Counted from the first letter of the whole stretch, positions 13,401 to 26,600 are shown. The stretch is DNA of 63,569 nucleotides, filler included, from Phoronis australis (GCA_002633005.1; 4 parts of 4 records of this genome joined end to end with filler, not necessarily neighbours in it); one strand, 5' to 3'. Notes: generated by a model not told the origin, from the sequence alone. Numbers and translations are program-made.

Positions 13401-16400
13401 GAAGGTTGGAGTTTACAATGCAAACACAATAGCCTACTGAATTCAGTCCAGTTGCTTGGGCTGCTTGATACACCTGTCTAGTCCTTCATGACACCTCATG
13501 ATGTCATATGTGCCTGTTGACTGTTGGCAGCCCAGCCAGATGGCTCTCTATTGTGTTGGCTATGAATGGGGTGATTGAAACTGAATTTTCGCCTGCACTA
13601 GGTCAGTGATGTTATGTCAAATATTTATGTATAAGGATTCTATGGTACATTTGTACATAAGACCACGGACTTGTATCACACCTTCAGTGAAACTGTATCA
13701 TCAAGACCTGCAGGTTGCCACCATCTAGCTACACAGAGAAAGCAAGAGACAAGGTTAGACCTAAAGTTTAAAGGGAATGGGGTGAAATCCGAGCATGTGA
13801 GTTTAGATGTGAGAAAAATTGAAGGTGGTCTTGTACCCAGGCAAGTGGGTTAACGCACAAGAATTAACCAAATGCAGGGGTGGGGTTATACCTGGGATCA
13901 GGCTTTTACCACCGACAGCACACAGAAATGTTTTTGCAAAAAATGACGAAAGGTGTGTGAGATATACTGTAAAAGTTAGCGATGAAATATCAGGCCATTT
14001 ACTTATGAGGCCGGATGGCCTGTAATTATACCCAGGGCATATCCATTCTTTAGGTCAATAATCAAGCGAGAATTACTGAATGAACAAAACAACTTGCGCT
14101 TACAGGTACATCAAATGCTACTGAGGTAATATGACTAATACCTTGGGACATCTAGCTTCACACAATGACTAGTGTTGCATGTTTTGAATCAATTTTGCAA
14201 AGGTCACAAAAAATCGAGAAGTGGAATAAGCCAAATTTACTTTATTTCTGTCTAAGGTTACATTATAGTTAGGATGCAACCTATAGATGTTATTTTGGCT
14301 TAAAACATTATTCTCATTTTATCTTACCGGTACCTTGAGGCTAGCCAATTTCGACCCACCTATATAGCGCTCAATGCAACATTAAATTTCACCTGTTTGA
14401 CATCTGGTGCAAGTTTAGACCATTCTTTGCCAATGATTCGTGTCACTTCTGTAAACGATGCGTCAGGGTTGGTTTCTTTGAGGTCTGCCCGCCGCTCCGA
14501 AGCGTAGATCACATAGGCAATCATAGGGGGCTTGGGGGTCTTGGCATACTCTGGAGGATTCTTGCGCTTTTTTCCTTTGGGCCAACCACCTTTCTTGGAT
14601 TTCTGAAAATAATGTGATCAAAACTGCATGTGAAAGGCTAGCAAAAGTATACATCGTGGCTGAACATTCTCAGCATGGAAGGTCCGTTACCTTGTTAGCC
14701 CCAGTTGCCTGGTGACAGAACCTGTGTGGTTTCCGATACGATACTTGAGGCAATACGTTCATGAGTTCTGGGGAAGGCTCACAGTCAAAAGCTTATGCTG
14801 ATTACAGTGCAGTTCACAAAGATTTTGTCAAACAGGCAATGACAAAATGTCTGGAGGACAGCTGGGGATAGCTGTATGATTTGCTTCGCTGATGGGCTGG
14901 CTACCCTTTACTCGCCACCAGATGTCAGGGTGCTGTCTCACAGCCAATTTTCAACGAAATATTCATGAACTTTACTGTACTCATGAGTGAAAACTAGTGA
15001 GGTCACGTGCTTCATTTGTAATCCATGGCAAGATTCCGTGATGTAGTAAGATGCCACGTAATGTTACTGAATGCATGACTAGTACTCTCGATACGAGCGC
15101 CACCTATTAACATGCAATAGAAACAACACATACAAACACATCCACACACACACACACACACATTCACACACCCACATGCACACTTATATTTTTCTCCTCC
15201 CTGGAATGTACTGAAAATGTGTACCGCACTATATTAAATCCAAATCAGATGCAATCCGAGTCATGAAAATTTCACATGGAAACACAACCTACCTTTGTCA
15301 CCTTTTCAGACTCCGACGCTTCAACCTCAGTTGTTAATATTTGAGTGTGAGTGTCTAGCTCCAAATGGCCACCGGAATCCTCCGAGGACACCACATTTTG
15401 ACTATCAAACAAACTAGAAGCTTGAGAGGTTACAAGGCCATCCCCTCCTCCCAGCAGTCGCAACGGGCCTTGAATGAAAGAAGAATGTACATGATGACAT
15501 AGGCATTCAAAGGGGAATCTCCATTTAACATAAATCACTATGAGATAATGCACAACATCCTATCCCCATTCAAATTCCACTGTATTCTTCGGGGGGTTTT
15601 GAGATCACTCTAATAAGGGGGTAGTGCACTCAAGTCAAGTTGCTCAATTATGTTGCTCAGGCAGGTTACTCGATAGAGGTTGGGACATCTCAACAAAGAG
15701 ACAGTAGTTGCAATGCGCATTATGTCTCTTCTCTTCTGTTGTAGTTAACCGAATTTTGTCAATCAAACAATGGTAAACTTAAATTTTCAATTACGAAATG
15801 AGTTTTCACATTATTGTGTGCAGTGTGGAAAACGGGAAGGAAAGAATGATGCCACGAACAAGCAGCGTTTATCACTGACACCCATCTCTGTCCATAGTTA
15901 GTGGTTGAGAAATGCCATGCAGAGTGTAATGACAGGTTACAAACCACATAAACAATATCTCAAATGATCCCAACCTATGACATAAAATAATGTCCATCAC
16001 TAAACTCATCATCCAGGACATTTGGAAAATAAAATAAAAATAAAAAGCCACAAGATTGGATAGGGTTGGTCAACCCTTTCGAAGTTTGATTTAGCTTCTT
16101 TGTTTCAAAAAGTCAACTATCTGGTAGAAACCAGTAGCTGTCATAGTAAGAGATTTTTGAGATCAATTTGTCAGGAGTTTTGATCAGCACAGTGATGAGC
16201 CCCAGCATTGTATATATATATTGAAAACCTCATGAAACAAAAAAGGGAACCATTATTCCAACTTCACTTAAAAGTTAATTTTAAGACATGGTAACCATTC
16301 CTAACCAGTGATTCCAATGCCTTCCAAACAAAGTCAGCCACAAATTACCATAAACTTGCGGGTTAATGCCCTGGGCGCTTAAATTGGGAAACCCTGAGAC

Positions 16401-18342
16401 AGAGGGGTGGGTGATTACCCCAGCAGTGGGCCCTTAAACCGAAAATTGGCAAAAGTCGGAAGTGGGCAATTACCCAGGCATGGATGTTCACCCGCGAGTT
16501 TACAGTATTACATTTTCCCATCTTGATGGATGCCTAACCCCAGAGGGTGCTCCTGTAGTAAAGATTGTCAAGGATATGCCAGCAACTCAGTTACAATCTC
16601 CAGTGGATATTTTGCCCTTTCAGGCATTGCGATAAGTATCATCTTCAGTGGGTATTTTGCTCTGAGCTCCCAATGAAATACCATCTTGGATGGTTATCTT
16701 ACCCACTCAAATATCGTCTTGTTTGGGTACTCCAGCTTCCAAATATCAACTTGGGTGGTTAGCTGAAAGAAGTAGTGACCGGCACCCCCCTACCAAACGA
16801 ATTACATGGAAGAGAAACCCCTAGATACCTATGCATACCTGATGAATGTAGAGTTTGGAGTTCCGCTGAGGTTAAGTTGGCAAACTGCATAGCAGAGTTG
16901 CCCACGTCACTACCATCAACGTTCATACATACTATCCTGAAAAAGACCATTTGAAAAACTTTTAGACGTTCAGTAATAATCTGATATCATAAATTGTCAC
17001 ATTATCATAAATTAACTCTAGGTAAATGTAAAATTGAAGATGGGTATTACATGTTTATTTGTACATTAAACACTGACATGTGGAAAAAATGATACCACAA
17101 TACTGTTGTTCTATTTCATGTGAGCAAAACTTCAGTCTTATGTGTTCACAGATTTAATCTGTCGTTAACTTGTTTTTATAGCCAGCACTTCACCTGAGGG
17201 CCATTTACATGACTATTTTATAGTAAATAGTATTCTAAGTCTGATTTGTACCCTTGTTTTTAACTGTTTGAATTTTACATGTGATATGTGTCAGCAGCCT
17301 AAATTACGGTACCTTTGAAGTAATAATAACAACGAAATCATACAACTGTCTAGTTAAGTACTAGTAACTCACCCCTTGTCAGTATCAACTATGATTCCGT
17401 TAACAGCTGAACTGTGAAGGATAGAGCTATCTTGGGAATCATCTTGGCCAACACTGATGAAAGATTGTGTCCGGCTGAAATAAATAACACTGAAAAATGA
17501 ACACGAATGTCGCTTCAAGACTGAACGGATCCCATTCAACAGTTTGGAGATGAAATGACAAGTAGGAGCGTGCCATATGAAGTATTGAATATTACTAGGT
17601 TGCAATTCATCTCAAAAGGAATCAATCTTGACAAGGATTCAAGTACAGTGAGAAACAAAAACTACCTTAAAAGACTTTTAATTATTACTACAGTATGTCT
17701 CATTTCAGGGGCAGATCCAGGATTTTGAGTTAGGGGGGGGGGACCAGGGCACGGGAATAACCAGAATTTCGGCAGATCCGCGCGCCCAGCCTAAAATGTG
17801 GGGACGCAGAGGCCCCGGAATGTTTGAGGTTGTGGACCTCTTGACTAAAAAAAAGGCAAACGGTGTTTGTTCAGGGCCTGCTTGCACGCACCCGAACTCC
17901 CAAATGGTATCTGGTAGAATTTTGGGGGGGCATGGCCGGCGTTTGAAGTTCCCCGGAAACTGGCCATTTTTAACACTGCAGGTGATATAACGTCATATCC
18001 CCTGTCGTGCGCAGTGTAAAAATGGTCAGCTGCAGTCGGTGTGAGGCATCATTCGCCAAAAGCCTCCAGCGTATGAAGCTCCTATAGGAACCTACACCGT
18101 CTCTACAGGACAGCTAGAAATGGTGGTCGCCGTCTAGCTGGTTAGCTGGCTACAGCGTGTACAAACCAGTTGGCTAAATAACTCGTGTTACCTGGTTACA
18201 TGTTTTTGAGAGCATACCTAGCATCACCATCACCAGATATGTTGTTCAGTTGATAGAAGCAACCGTCCTTCAAAATAAGAGCTGTTGTACCACCACTGGA
18301 ACTGGGCAAACTAACAATAGGTACGCTGAAGTCTCCGTCCAT
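7362..18342 (-). CDS. HMG20/BRAF35-like HMG-box protein with a C2H2 zinc finger and C-terminal coiled coil; 11 exons, 453 aa
   Basis: Exons 18218-18342, 17373-17474, 16839-16936, 15293-15468, 14393-14602, 12281-12389, 11062-11102, 10583-10697, 9224-9397, 8098-8189, 7362-7481. All introns are GT-AG and phase-compatible; total 1362 nt from ATG to TGA. The protein contains GGWPKGKKRK...PKPPMIAYVIYASERRADLKETNPDASFTEVTRIIGKEWSKLAPDVKQKYQGLAEKDQERY, an HMG20-type HMG box. Confidence 0.88.
8098..8189 (-). CDS. HMG20-like gene exon 10: coiled coil (EREMEIQSLRGTL...KVKELK)
   Basis: ttttag acceptor, gtaagt donor; resembles HMG20 'REAELRQLR'. Confidence 0.85.
9224..9397 (-). CDS. HMG20-like gene exon 9 (SEFKKAVEKG...DIFSVDVFLASFLEKNY)
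   Basis: tttag acceptor, gtaagc donor, phase 1-1, open frame; resembles the HMG20 'DIPIFTEEFL' segment. Confidence 0.82.
9858..10500 (-). mobile_element. Penelope-like element fragment with inverted terminal copies (intronic)
   Basis: GIY-YIG remnant CPETYVGETKQSLKALLTEHRR...ILEKEKNLFEWGVKE between ~190-200-bp imperfect inverted repeats (9858-10050 and 10300-10500); 12-bp direct repeat AATTCTGGCTCA at 9806 and 10510. Confidence 0.8.
10583..10697 (-). CDS. HMG20-like gene exon 8: C2H2 zinc finger (U1/matrin-like spacing)
   Basis: DSLDSAAPLYCKWCNQYFSSHHNRKEHFLGKTHLNNVA, C-x2-C-x12-H-x5-H; tttgtag acceptor and gtaagt donor. Confidence 0.88.
11062..11102 (-). CDS. HMG20-like gene exon 7 (41-nt small exon, DSHSLSDVAAEYAP)
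   Basis: catttcag acceptor, gtaagt donor; supplies exactly the phase 1->0 change needed between exons 6 and 8. Confidence 0.75.
12281..12389 (-). CDS. HMG20-like gene exon 6: HMG-box helix 3
   Basis: KYQGLAEKDQERYINDMKKYQQTDEFKLWLSRKRGR; ttccag acceptor and gtactt donor. Confidence 0.9.
14393..14602 (-). CDS. HMG20-like gene exon 5: basic region and HMG-box helices 1-2
   Basis: 70 codons, KSKKGGWPKGKKRK...IIGKEWSKLAPDVKQ; ttttcag acceptor and gtgaaa donor. Confidence 0.93.
15125..15185. repeat. (CA)n microsatellite
   Basis: Visible CA run. Confidence 0.9.
15293..15468 (-). CDS. HMG20-like gene exon 4 (PLRLLGGGDG...ESEKVTK)
   Basis: Acceptor ttcattcaag (AAG, weaker), donor gtaggt, phase 1-0. 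Confidence 0.68.
16348..16505. mobile_element. Short TA-flanked MITE in the HMG20-like intron
   Basis: Imperfect TIR ta|CCATAAACTTGCGGG ... CCCGCGAGTTTACAG|ta. Confidence 0.5.
16839..16936 (-). CDS. HMG20-like gene exon 3 (IVCMNVDGSD...TLHSS)
   Basis: ttttcag acceptor, gtatgc donor, phase 2-1. Confidence 0.72.
17373..17474 (-). CDS. HMG20-like gene exon 2 (RTQSFISVGQDD...VDTDK)
   Basis: tttcag acceptor, gtgagt donor, phase 2-2. Confidence 0.72.
18218..18342 (-). CDS. HMG20-like gene exon 1 (MDGDFSVPIVSLP...GDGDA)
   Basis: ATG at 18342; donor AG|gtatgc; ends in phase 2, matching the next exon. Confidence 0.7.
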
Positions 18343-18971
18343 AATTTTAGACAGCAAACTGCGCCATCTCGCGTCGTTTGGTGGTTGTGAGTCTGTTTGC
18401 AAATTTGCGCAGTTTGTAGATATGACCCTGACATAAAGCCCAGGTCTAACTATACAGGCGACACTGATTGGCCGCCTTGGCCGAGCACGAGGCTACTGAA
18501 ATACGTCGTGCCGCAGGTGGTCAGAAATTTGTTGAACCCGTGGCCCCTGATTTAACAACTTGAATTACAATGTTTACTGAAATATTGCTACAAACGTTTC
18601 CTGCACTTCGCATAACTGCAGTTATGCTCCAATGAGCCCTCCATGATTTGGCGATGAAGTGGGCAAAAAAATTGAAGTCCGCCTCTGAGAAACAAAAAGT
18701 TCGAGAAAATGAGACAAAGGTCCACTGAACAAGCACAAACGCACAATTCACAGTGGTACCCCCGTTTTTTTTTTTGTTTTTTTTTTACCAAAAGGTCCAC
18801 AACGTCAAGACTGAATTCGAGCCAACCCATATTGAAGGCTGGGTGCGCGCATGTTGACGTCGGCTCACTAAGTCTCTCGCGACTATCCACGATGCTTGCG
18901 CCCGGGCGGGGGGGGGGGCGGGGCTAGNNNNNNNNNNNNNNNNNNNNNNNNNNNNNNNNNNNNNNNNNNNN

Positions 18972-18983
18972 TTAATTAATTAA
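18972..18983. other. Artificial TTAATTAATTAA all-frame-stop linker inside an N-gap (also at 40782-40793 and 60206-60217)
   Basis: The identical palindromic 12-mer is centred in three similarly sized N runs. Confidence 0.9.
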
Positions 18984-21900
18984 NNNNNNNNNNNNNNNNN
19001 NNNNNNNNNNNNNNNNNNNNNNNNNNNTTCAAAGTACTCAAGACGAAAAGCTTATTTGAATTGAATACAACGCAAACGTGACAAACACTTTTTGCAGAAA
19101 AAAACATAGGAAACGATAGCAATGACAACAACTGGTTAAAATATTGCCAAGTGTCGAAATGCATTGCACGTAGGTACATGTACAATGTACTTGCCTATTA
19201 GAGGTCCTTGCATTTTGGAGCTTTGAGTGTTGTTTTACTCCTTGGTAACTCCTTCGGCCCTGTCGATTGATGCTCGTGTTATGAGAATTTTTTGGCGAAA
19301 GAAATCGCTGGTAAAAAACAAAGCCAAAGCTTGAAATTTTGATTATAAATATTGACAAAAAATGCGTACTAATTACGGAAAATAAGTAGCATTTTAGTGC
19401 TACGCCGTATCACTACAGAATCAGCAAAATGCGTAGCAAATACCTAATACCCGCATTGGTGGACATGTACAGAGTATCAGGTGGTGTCGTGCTTCCGTCC
19501 TGTATCATCATGACTACGCCAACGTGATACCAAACTCAGAATCTCCTACTTTTGTAAACTGCACAACACGATTTAGTCTTACATATATTTAGTGCTTGTC
19601 ATCATTGCACTGATAAATGCTCTAGAGACCAGACCAGTTCTAGATTTACAGAAATTAAGTACTGCCTATAACCGTATATTAAGAAAAAATAAACCCATGA
19701 AAATGTTATTGAGAAACCCAAATTATTTAGCTGCAGTAACAACGATTTTATAAGTTATATGATGTGTGCGTGTGGGTCTGCGCGTAACTTAACGTGTGTA
19801 CAGTACGCGCGTGCACGTGTGTCCGCATATTCTGTTGTATTCACACGTTTTCCTTGATACTTGCTTAATTTTGAGAAATAAATTATTAAAGAACAAAAAG
19901 AAACAACGAACTAATGTTATACAGAGAAATGATTCCGAGGGACAAAGAAATGAGGTACAGCAAATTGCCGTGAAGAAATGGAATCTCCTGGTTCCCAAAT
20001 TTTGTCCCACTTATAGAAAACTTTTGGCGACGCTGGTGTGTAATGACCAGCACTGGTGGAAACTGAAAAACGCGCAACACGTCTGCTCTCGGACCACAAA
20101 CCCGTGTTTGTAGTCCGAGGTCTGTTGAATTAACATGGTGGACAACCTTGATGGTCAGCAAAGCAGACAGATTCTACTTAAATAATACATGTTATGGGCA
20201 AAAATTTGAAGCCAGGAAATCGAAGTCACTGCTTGAGACAACACGATTACATTTTGTATTGTGTGCTCTGATCAACTGTAAGTGTTCTATTATAATTATT
20301 GATACTGATTTTACTAACTCATATTGCGATCGTCATATTTTCATTGAGTTTATTGTCAGAGGTTTACTTGCACTTCATGGTGACGTCAAATATCGTGTTT
20401 CCAAACCAGAGTCGAACGTAGCTGGAGATCGTCGTTGAAAACAAGAGTAAACATCTAGAATGCTATTTCCAACGCGAGGACACCAACGACTCCGCGCATG
20501 ATTGTGATGATAAGGAAGATGACGTGTAGCCCGCGGTGGCTCATTGTGATCAGGGCTGAAATCTAATCTCTATTCTCCGGAAACCGAACTCCGTAGACTT
20601 CAAACATTCTGATAAATTTGCGGCCTTTTACTAGTTGTCTGTTTGGAAGAAGTGCAGTAAATTGTTGAGCAAACTGGTGACCGAGTGATTTCCTACTTGA
20701 ACCCACTTGTGATCACCACCTCCAACTTCGACACGACTTCAACGTAATAATAAATAGATGAGTCTTTTTTGCGCTGAGACAGTAGGAAAAGTAACACTTC
20801 AAACAATTGCCGTATTTGATGTAGTATGCATCGTACAAGTACAACATACATGTAAGTGACGTCACTTAAACGTGTGCATAGTGCTGAGAATCGTTGGCGT
20901 ACAACACTGAAATGGTGAGACTTCCTAGCCGGACACCTAAAAACTCGGTAGTGCTCAAAGTGAACTGAGTTTGAGGTTGTCATTGGTTTTAATGCACCAA
21001 TAGCATTCATAACTCTAAAGTGTCTCGCTCAACTTCATATTTGCAAAAAGTAAGTTTTAACCTACACCATCCAATTGGATGACTGGGTCGTTACAAAAGG
21101 CAATTCCTGAAATAAGATAGTTTAATTGCCTAACAACTGTGCATCGTAGTTGAAAAGAACGCTTTTCAACAGTGAATGAAATGTCTTTTTGAAAACTAGA
21201 TGACCCTCATAGTAAAAAAACTTTCAATCGAGTTATTTGCAATTTTCCGACGCTTGTTCCTTAACAGGGTCGAGTTCTTGTGGTGTACCTCTGTTGTTGC
21301 TGAGCGTGAGCTTGGAATTGTGAATAATCTGAAGGTCGCGCATAATTATGTGAACTTGGAATTTAATACTCATTTTGGCAATTGGGTCATTTTTGTTCAG
21401 AGTAAAGCATCGTTGTACTTATTGGTCTGATGATTACCCATTTTCCCCGTTACCGTAACTTACATGTAGGTCAAAGAATCGCAGGAAAGTATGAATGTGG
21501 GGTTAAATCAATTATTGTTAGCTGAATAACATCGCCATAATTTAAAAAAGATTGGTTAAAATTGTTATCATTTTATGCATGGCTCTTTGCGTGAATATAT
21601 CAAGTTTCGTCGAGTATTCCAGGTTCACTCATACACAATCTTGTTAGTAAGCAAGATACCAGGTTCACGCACAGCAGCGTCACCGGAAGGTTCTCTCTGA
21701 AACTAGTCTTGGGTGGATGTCGTCAAGCGCTGTGTGCGGTTTGCCTGGCACCATTTTCACGCTACAACTTACTGGTCTCAAATTATTCGAGATCGTTTGA
21801 TTTGGTGTCTGGTCTTCTGTAGACTGATTCTCTACTGCTGTCTTTGCGGTTCAGGGCTCTGTTGTAAATACTACATGCCACACGTTCATGTACATGTACA

Positions 21901-22372
21901 TGTGGGCAAGGGCCTAGACGTTGTAAATAAGCCGTCAGGTATACATGTAGATTTCAAAGTGTATGAGGAATGAGTGATCTGGCTGGTGCAGCCGGCATAC
22001 CACAAGAAAGTGAAATACCGCTCTATAGTCTTTCCCGAAAGACTCCCATTGAGGCTTTTTGAGTGCAGTATCAAGTCGGGAAAATGAGCGTTTCAGAAGA
22101 AACCCTGGAAGGTGTAATTGTGAGGTAAGGTTCTAGTCACCGCATTGTGCAGTCAAAGTGGAAAATATGTACACTATCCTATTTATTGGAAATTTTCCCA
22201 AAGATGACATTAGTTCAGGATAACTACAGGCAAGGATAAAACACATCAACGCGTCTAATTCTCAACAATAAAAGCGGTCATTACACACAAAACACATTAA
22301 AACACTACATTTTTTTCAAGGTAGCCTCTAGTCTACAGAAATTTTAAATTAAATGAACACTCAATTTAAACA

Positions 22373-23668
22373 TCAGTTATTCTTCTTTGCCGGCTTTAGC
22401 ATGTTGTTAGTCTTTGTTCTGATCAAAATGTAAATACGTCTACTGCATACAAACACGATGCGCAAAGCAAATACAGGTATAACAAATATGGTTATGAGCA
22501 CGTCCATCATTGTTGCAATGTACCACGACCTGTCTATCGCGAGAGGGCGTAGGTGGCCACCACCATGTTTGATGACGTGGTCTAGCCAAAAGGCTGCTCT
22601 TTTTCTGGGAGTTTCGGGAAAACCTTTAAAAGCACTGGATGCCTTTTTCACATTTTCCTTAAAAGATGGGTTGCTCAAGATTTTTTGTATTGAGTCAAAC
22701 GCCTCATCAGGTGTAAAGCCCAAATCGTTTAGACTGAATTTTTTTAGCATTGTATCTTTGATCCGTGGGCATTATGGGGACGCCCAGCATACATGTAGGC
22801 ACGGAGTGGCAAAGTCCTTCATATACACCATTTGCACCGCAGTGTGTGATGAAAAGTAGTGTGTTCCTGCGACCCAGCACGTTGTTCTGCGGTATCCACG
22901 GCTGTATCAGTACGTTTTCGCTAATGACAAGTTCTGAAGTGTTAGTCTTGGGTAATTTTACTAAAACCTTTTGTTTCAAGCGAGCAAAAGCATCGAAACC
23001 TTTTGAAGATATCTGTGTGGCATCTTTCTCACCAGTGACCCCATGGAAAAAAGGACAATTCCATGTTCAGCATCGGAGAAGAACTTTTCGAGTTCCCGTG
23101 GCAGTGGTTTGGCTGGCGATGTAGTCAATCCTCCGGCAAACACCGAGTTTGGCATTGCTGGCCTCGGGTAATCAAAAACTGGATCAATCGTACCGTAAAT
23201 CCACAATGAAGAATTGGCAAGCAACTGGCGATAATTGAGATTCTCTCCAGGCAGATGTTTTTCAATTACCCATTTTGCGTTGATGGGGAAATCGACAATG
23301 CTCTGTAGTATTCTGTCCTTCAATGACTGAAGTCTGTCAAAATAGTTCATGTCTTCAGTAAAATCAGAAAATCGGCTTGGCGTAAGACTTGTCCAAAATG
23401 GGGCTCCAGACAGTAGGTTTTCCGGAATTGGTGACTCAGTTACAAAAGGTATTCCCAATATCCTTGGAAGTATTGCAAAACAGCGACAGAATGGTATAGC
23501 ATCCAAAAAGATGAGTGCGAATTTCATGTCCTGTACTCGCTGCATGAAGTCACTGTCAGAAAACATGGCGTCACAGTAGTGAGCTGCGCTTGCAGACATC
23601 TCTGAAACTAGCTCGAAAGATGAAGCTCGGCCGATAGATCTGTGATGAAAAAAACTTGACAACAATAC
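22373..23668 (-). pseudogene. UDP-glucuronosyltransferase exon 2, frameshifted (pseudogene or assembly indels)
   Basis: Split across three ORFs: DYPRPAMPNSVFAGGLTTSPAKPLP...HGIVLFSMGS; then WIPQNNVLG..TLLFITHCGANGVYE...DQ (UGT signature); then RAAFWLDHVIKHGGGHLRP, a TM segment and a KKNN ER-retrieval-like end. Frameshifts lie near 23000 and 22720, and the phase does not match exon 1. Confidence 0.88.
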
Positions 23669-26600
23669 CTGGAAAACTCGGGTGTCACGACAAGCCCGGT
23701 AACGAACTTGTAGAAGGAATATTTAAGTTCGAAGAAAAAAAGTAATTGAACGTTGTCGACCTTCTCGGTCCTAGTCTTGAGTTCTGCAGGCTGTTAACTT
23801 ATTGATCCTTGTACGTGACCAGTATCAAATAATACATGTACAATGTATAACCTGGTTTTATCAACAGAAATGCACCATTAGTCCTATCCTCTAACATGTC
23901 ATGAAAATCGGGTTTTAGTGCAGTTACGTCACTTGACCATTGAAGTTTTTTAAAAACCTTTCTTTAAAATTTACACTATTTTTCATTTTAGCTGTTCCTT
24001 TAGAAAACGAAACCCGACTTATGGTCATCATTCATTTTTCTAAGACCAGTAAATTTACAGATATTTTAAAAGCATTAAACTTTTCATGGATAATTTTTCT
24101 GATGTTTTATGTGATTCTCTGTGAACTTCTGTGCTGTGTCCCCAAAGTTTTCTTTAAACTGAAGTAGACCAATTGCACATGTAAAACGTTTTACTAATTT
24201 GACTAAAAGAATCATGTTAATCAGTCCAATATTAGGTTTGCTTTAGTGATTCAGTGTGTATTCCAGGATACCTCAGGATTTTGGGCGGCGCAGTAGTGAA
24301 AAATTGGGGGAGCTAAACCTCCTCACCTCCCCTCTGGTGCACAGCCTATAGACCTTGTGCGGCGTACCACTGAAAAAAGTACGCCGCCCATGAGGATGGT
24401 TTCGAAGCCAGCAATTGGGGCGATTGGAGCTAATTGGCTACAGCATAGAAAAATGTTTTCTCCAAGGGACAGTTGCAAGTAAGGTACAGTAATCGATGCT
24501 TTATTTAAATCAACGTTTGATTAGTGAAAACAAAAATATTGTAGACTATGGGACCAGATATCGATGCTCGTTTTCCTGTGGTATACATGTACATGGTATA
24601 ACAAGGAATCATGGCAAGGCGCTGCGTCTGTGGTGGTTGTGACAACTTAGTAGGAAATCGGGATGCGCGGATATGGCACAAGTCTGTACAGGGAACCTGT
24701 GTGTCGGTGTACATGACACACTAGCTGTGGGTACGTCCATCTGTACGTCACACTTAGTCCTCTGGATCCCTGAAACTGAAGTCGCTTTTCTCGTATTTCG
24801 GGATATTGAATTCACGAATGTGATATGTCGTGCTATAAAGGAAAGATAAAAGATGTTGACGATGTATTCATTTCTCAAAACAAGGTAGATTGTGGTTTTA
24901 AACACTTAAACGGTAGAACTTTCACCAAAACAACATTAAGTTACTTTACATGAATTTCTCATTTTACACTGACTTCCGCATCAATCAACGTTTAGGCGAG
25001 GTTCACAAACGTACCCTTGCCTCTATTATGAGCAACGCTAAGCCGAAGGCGTCTGTACTTAATTTCAGTCAGGGATTCGTTGAAAATGTATTTCCAGAAT
25101 GTTTACAACTGGAGTTGGGTAATTAGATAAATAACCCTGCCTATTAAAGTACAGTATCCCTTTTTGAAAAACAAAACTGCACATGTCCAAGACTTAATGA
25201 ATCACCAAATAAATATGTAGAACATAAAACATCGGTGTGTGAATTATGAAAATTGGTTCACTATTATTGGGTTTTCGCACATCAAAATTAAGTTGACTTC
25301 AGCTGCTTGACTGATAAGGAATGCACACCACGCACAACTGTTTTCGCACGAATGGACTTGTGCTATAAGCAACACAAAATATATGGAAATGGGCTGTCTG
25401 GACTTGCTGGGTGGTGTTTGATCAAGGCGAGTATTTAATGCAAATGACATTCTCATATCATGTAGTTATTGTTACCTGTACATGTAACTGTCGATGTTTT
25501 TAATACCCTGCCAATTTCGATCGGTAAACTTAAAAACAAGCCTGCTCGTCAACCATATTGGAAGGTAACACTGAGCAGTTACGCTGCAGCCACGGGGCAA
25601 TTTGTAATACCTAAAATTTAAATCAAGGGTATGTGTAAGATTTGGCGTCTGGATTGAGGAATACGTTGAAAATAATTTCCAGAAAACTGGTTTGCTTCTG
25701 CTTTTGAATGAGAAAAGCCAAGTTTTTAGCCGTGACCTACTTTTGATGCAAAATACTGGCTGTCGTTTGCTTTCAACTCCTGTCGCCTGCTGTCTGAGAA
25801 ACTGTTTGGAATTGGCGGCTATCAAACAGATTTTTGGAAATTTTTTCCAATGTGATATAACCCTTTAAACATGATTAAATATCAGTTATCTTGAGCAGTG
25901 CTTGTGAGTTAGGAATGCTAAAAATGTGTTTTTTTTTCCAGATTCTTGATAAGAACGTGAAGTTTAATCGGCTTCGGCAAATAGACTTAATTTGACATTA
26001 GGAACAAAAGTTCTCGAAAACGGCTTGTTGATTGTCGCTGAATTTTTCCAAATGTAATATATATTCATCAATCTCATAAAAGCTGTTAGGATCGTTGATA
26101 TAAAGGCCTAGTTTTTGCATAATGTAACAAAGACGAATAACATCGACTTTTATTTTTTACAAAAGTATCTTACATTTTGCGAGTTGATTTGTCATAGAAA
26201 TCTAGCGAAAGACTAATCGAATTTCCTAACAGCATTTTAGGTAACTGGTGAAGTTTTCATTTAAATTTGCATGGACCGCGAAAACAAGTAAAATATATTT
26301 CAAACAATACCTAACAAGAGAACAGTACCTTCTTGCAACATCTGCTGCAGACTTATCCACTCGCCCCTGTGACGGAATGTCCAGATAAAATCACACAAGT
26401 CACGATTTTGAATGAAATACGAAGAAAAAATTGTTAACCACAGCATTTCTAATCTCCCTTCCACGTATGATAAATCTGTGCATGCGCTAACAGTCTGCAA
26501 ACAGCTGACTCTGTGACAAGATATAGTGTAGTAAAGTGCTGTGGAGTGAATATCTTGTCACCCAATGTGCTTCGTACCTCGTGTCGTGATGGTGTTTATG

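Noticed and set aside
18325-18342. miR-184-like start (TGGACGGAGA) and other seed-like matches at ~58561, ~59193 and ~61291
   Set aside because: Only 9-11-nt matches with no full mature sequence or hairpin; the first is simply the gene's opening codons.
18972-18983. Recurrent TTAATTAATTAA palindrome as a regulatory or recombination site
   Set aside because: It occurs only in the middle of N runs, so it is an assembly linker.
22458-23579. Plus-strand ORFs overlapping the UGT
   Set aside because: Antisense shadows of the minus-strand coding sequence.
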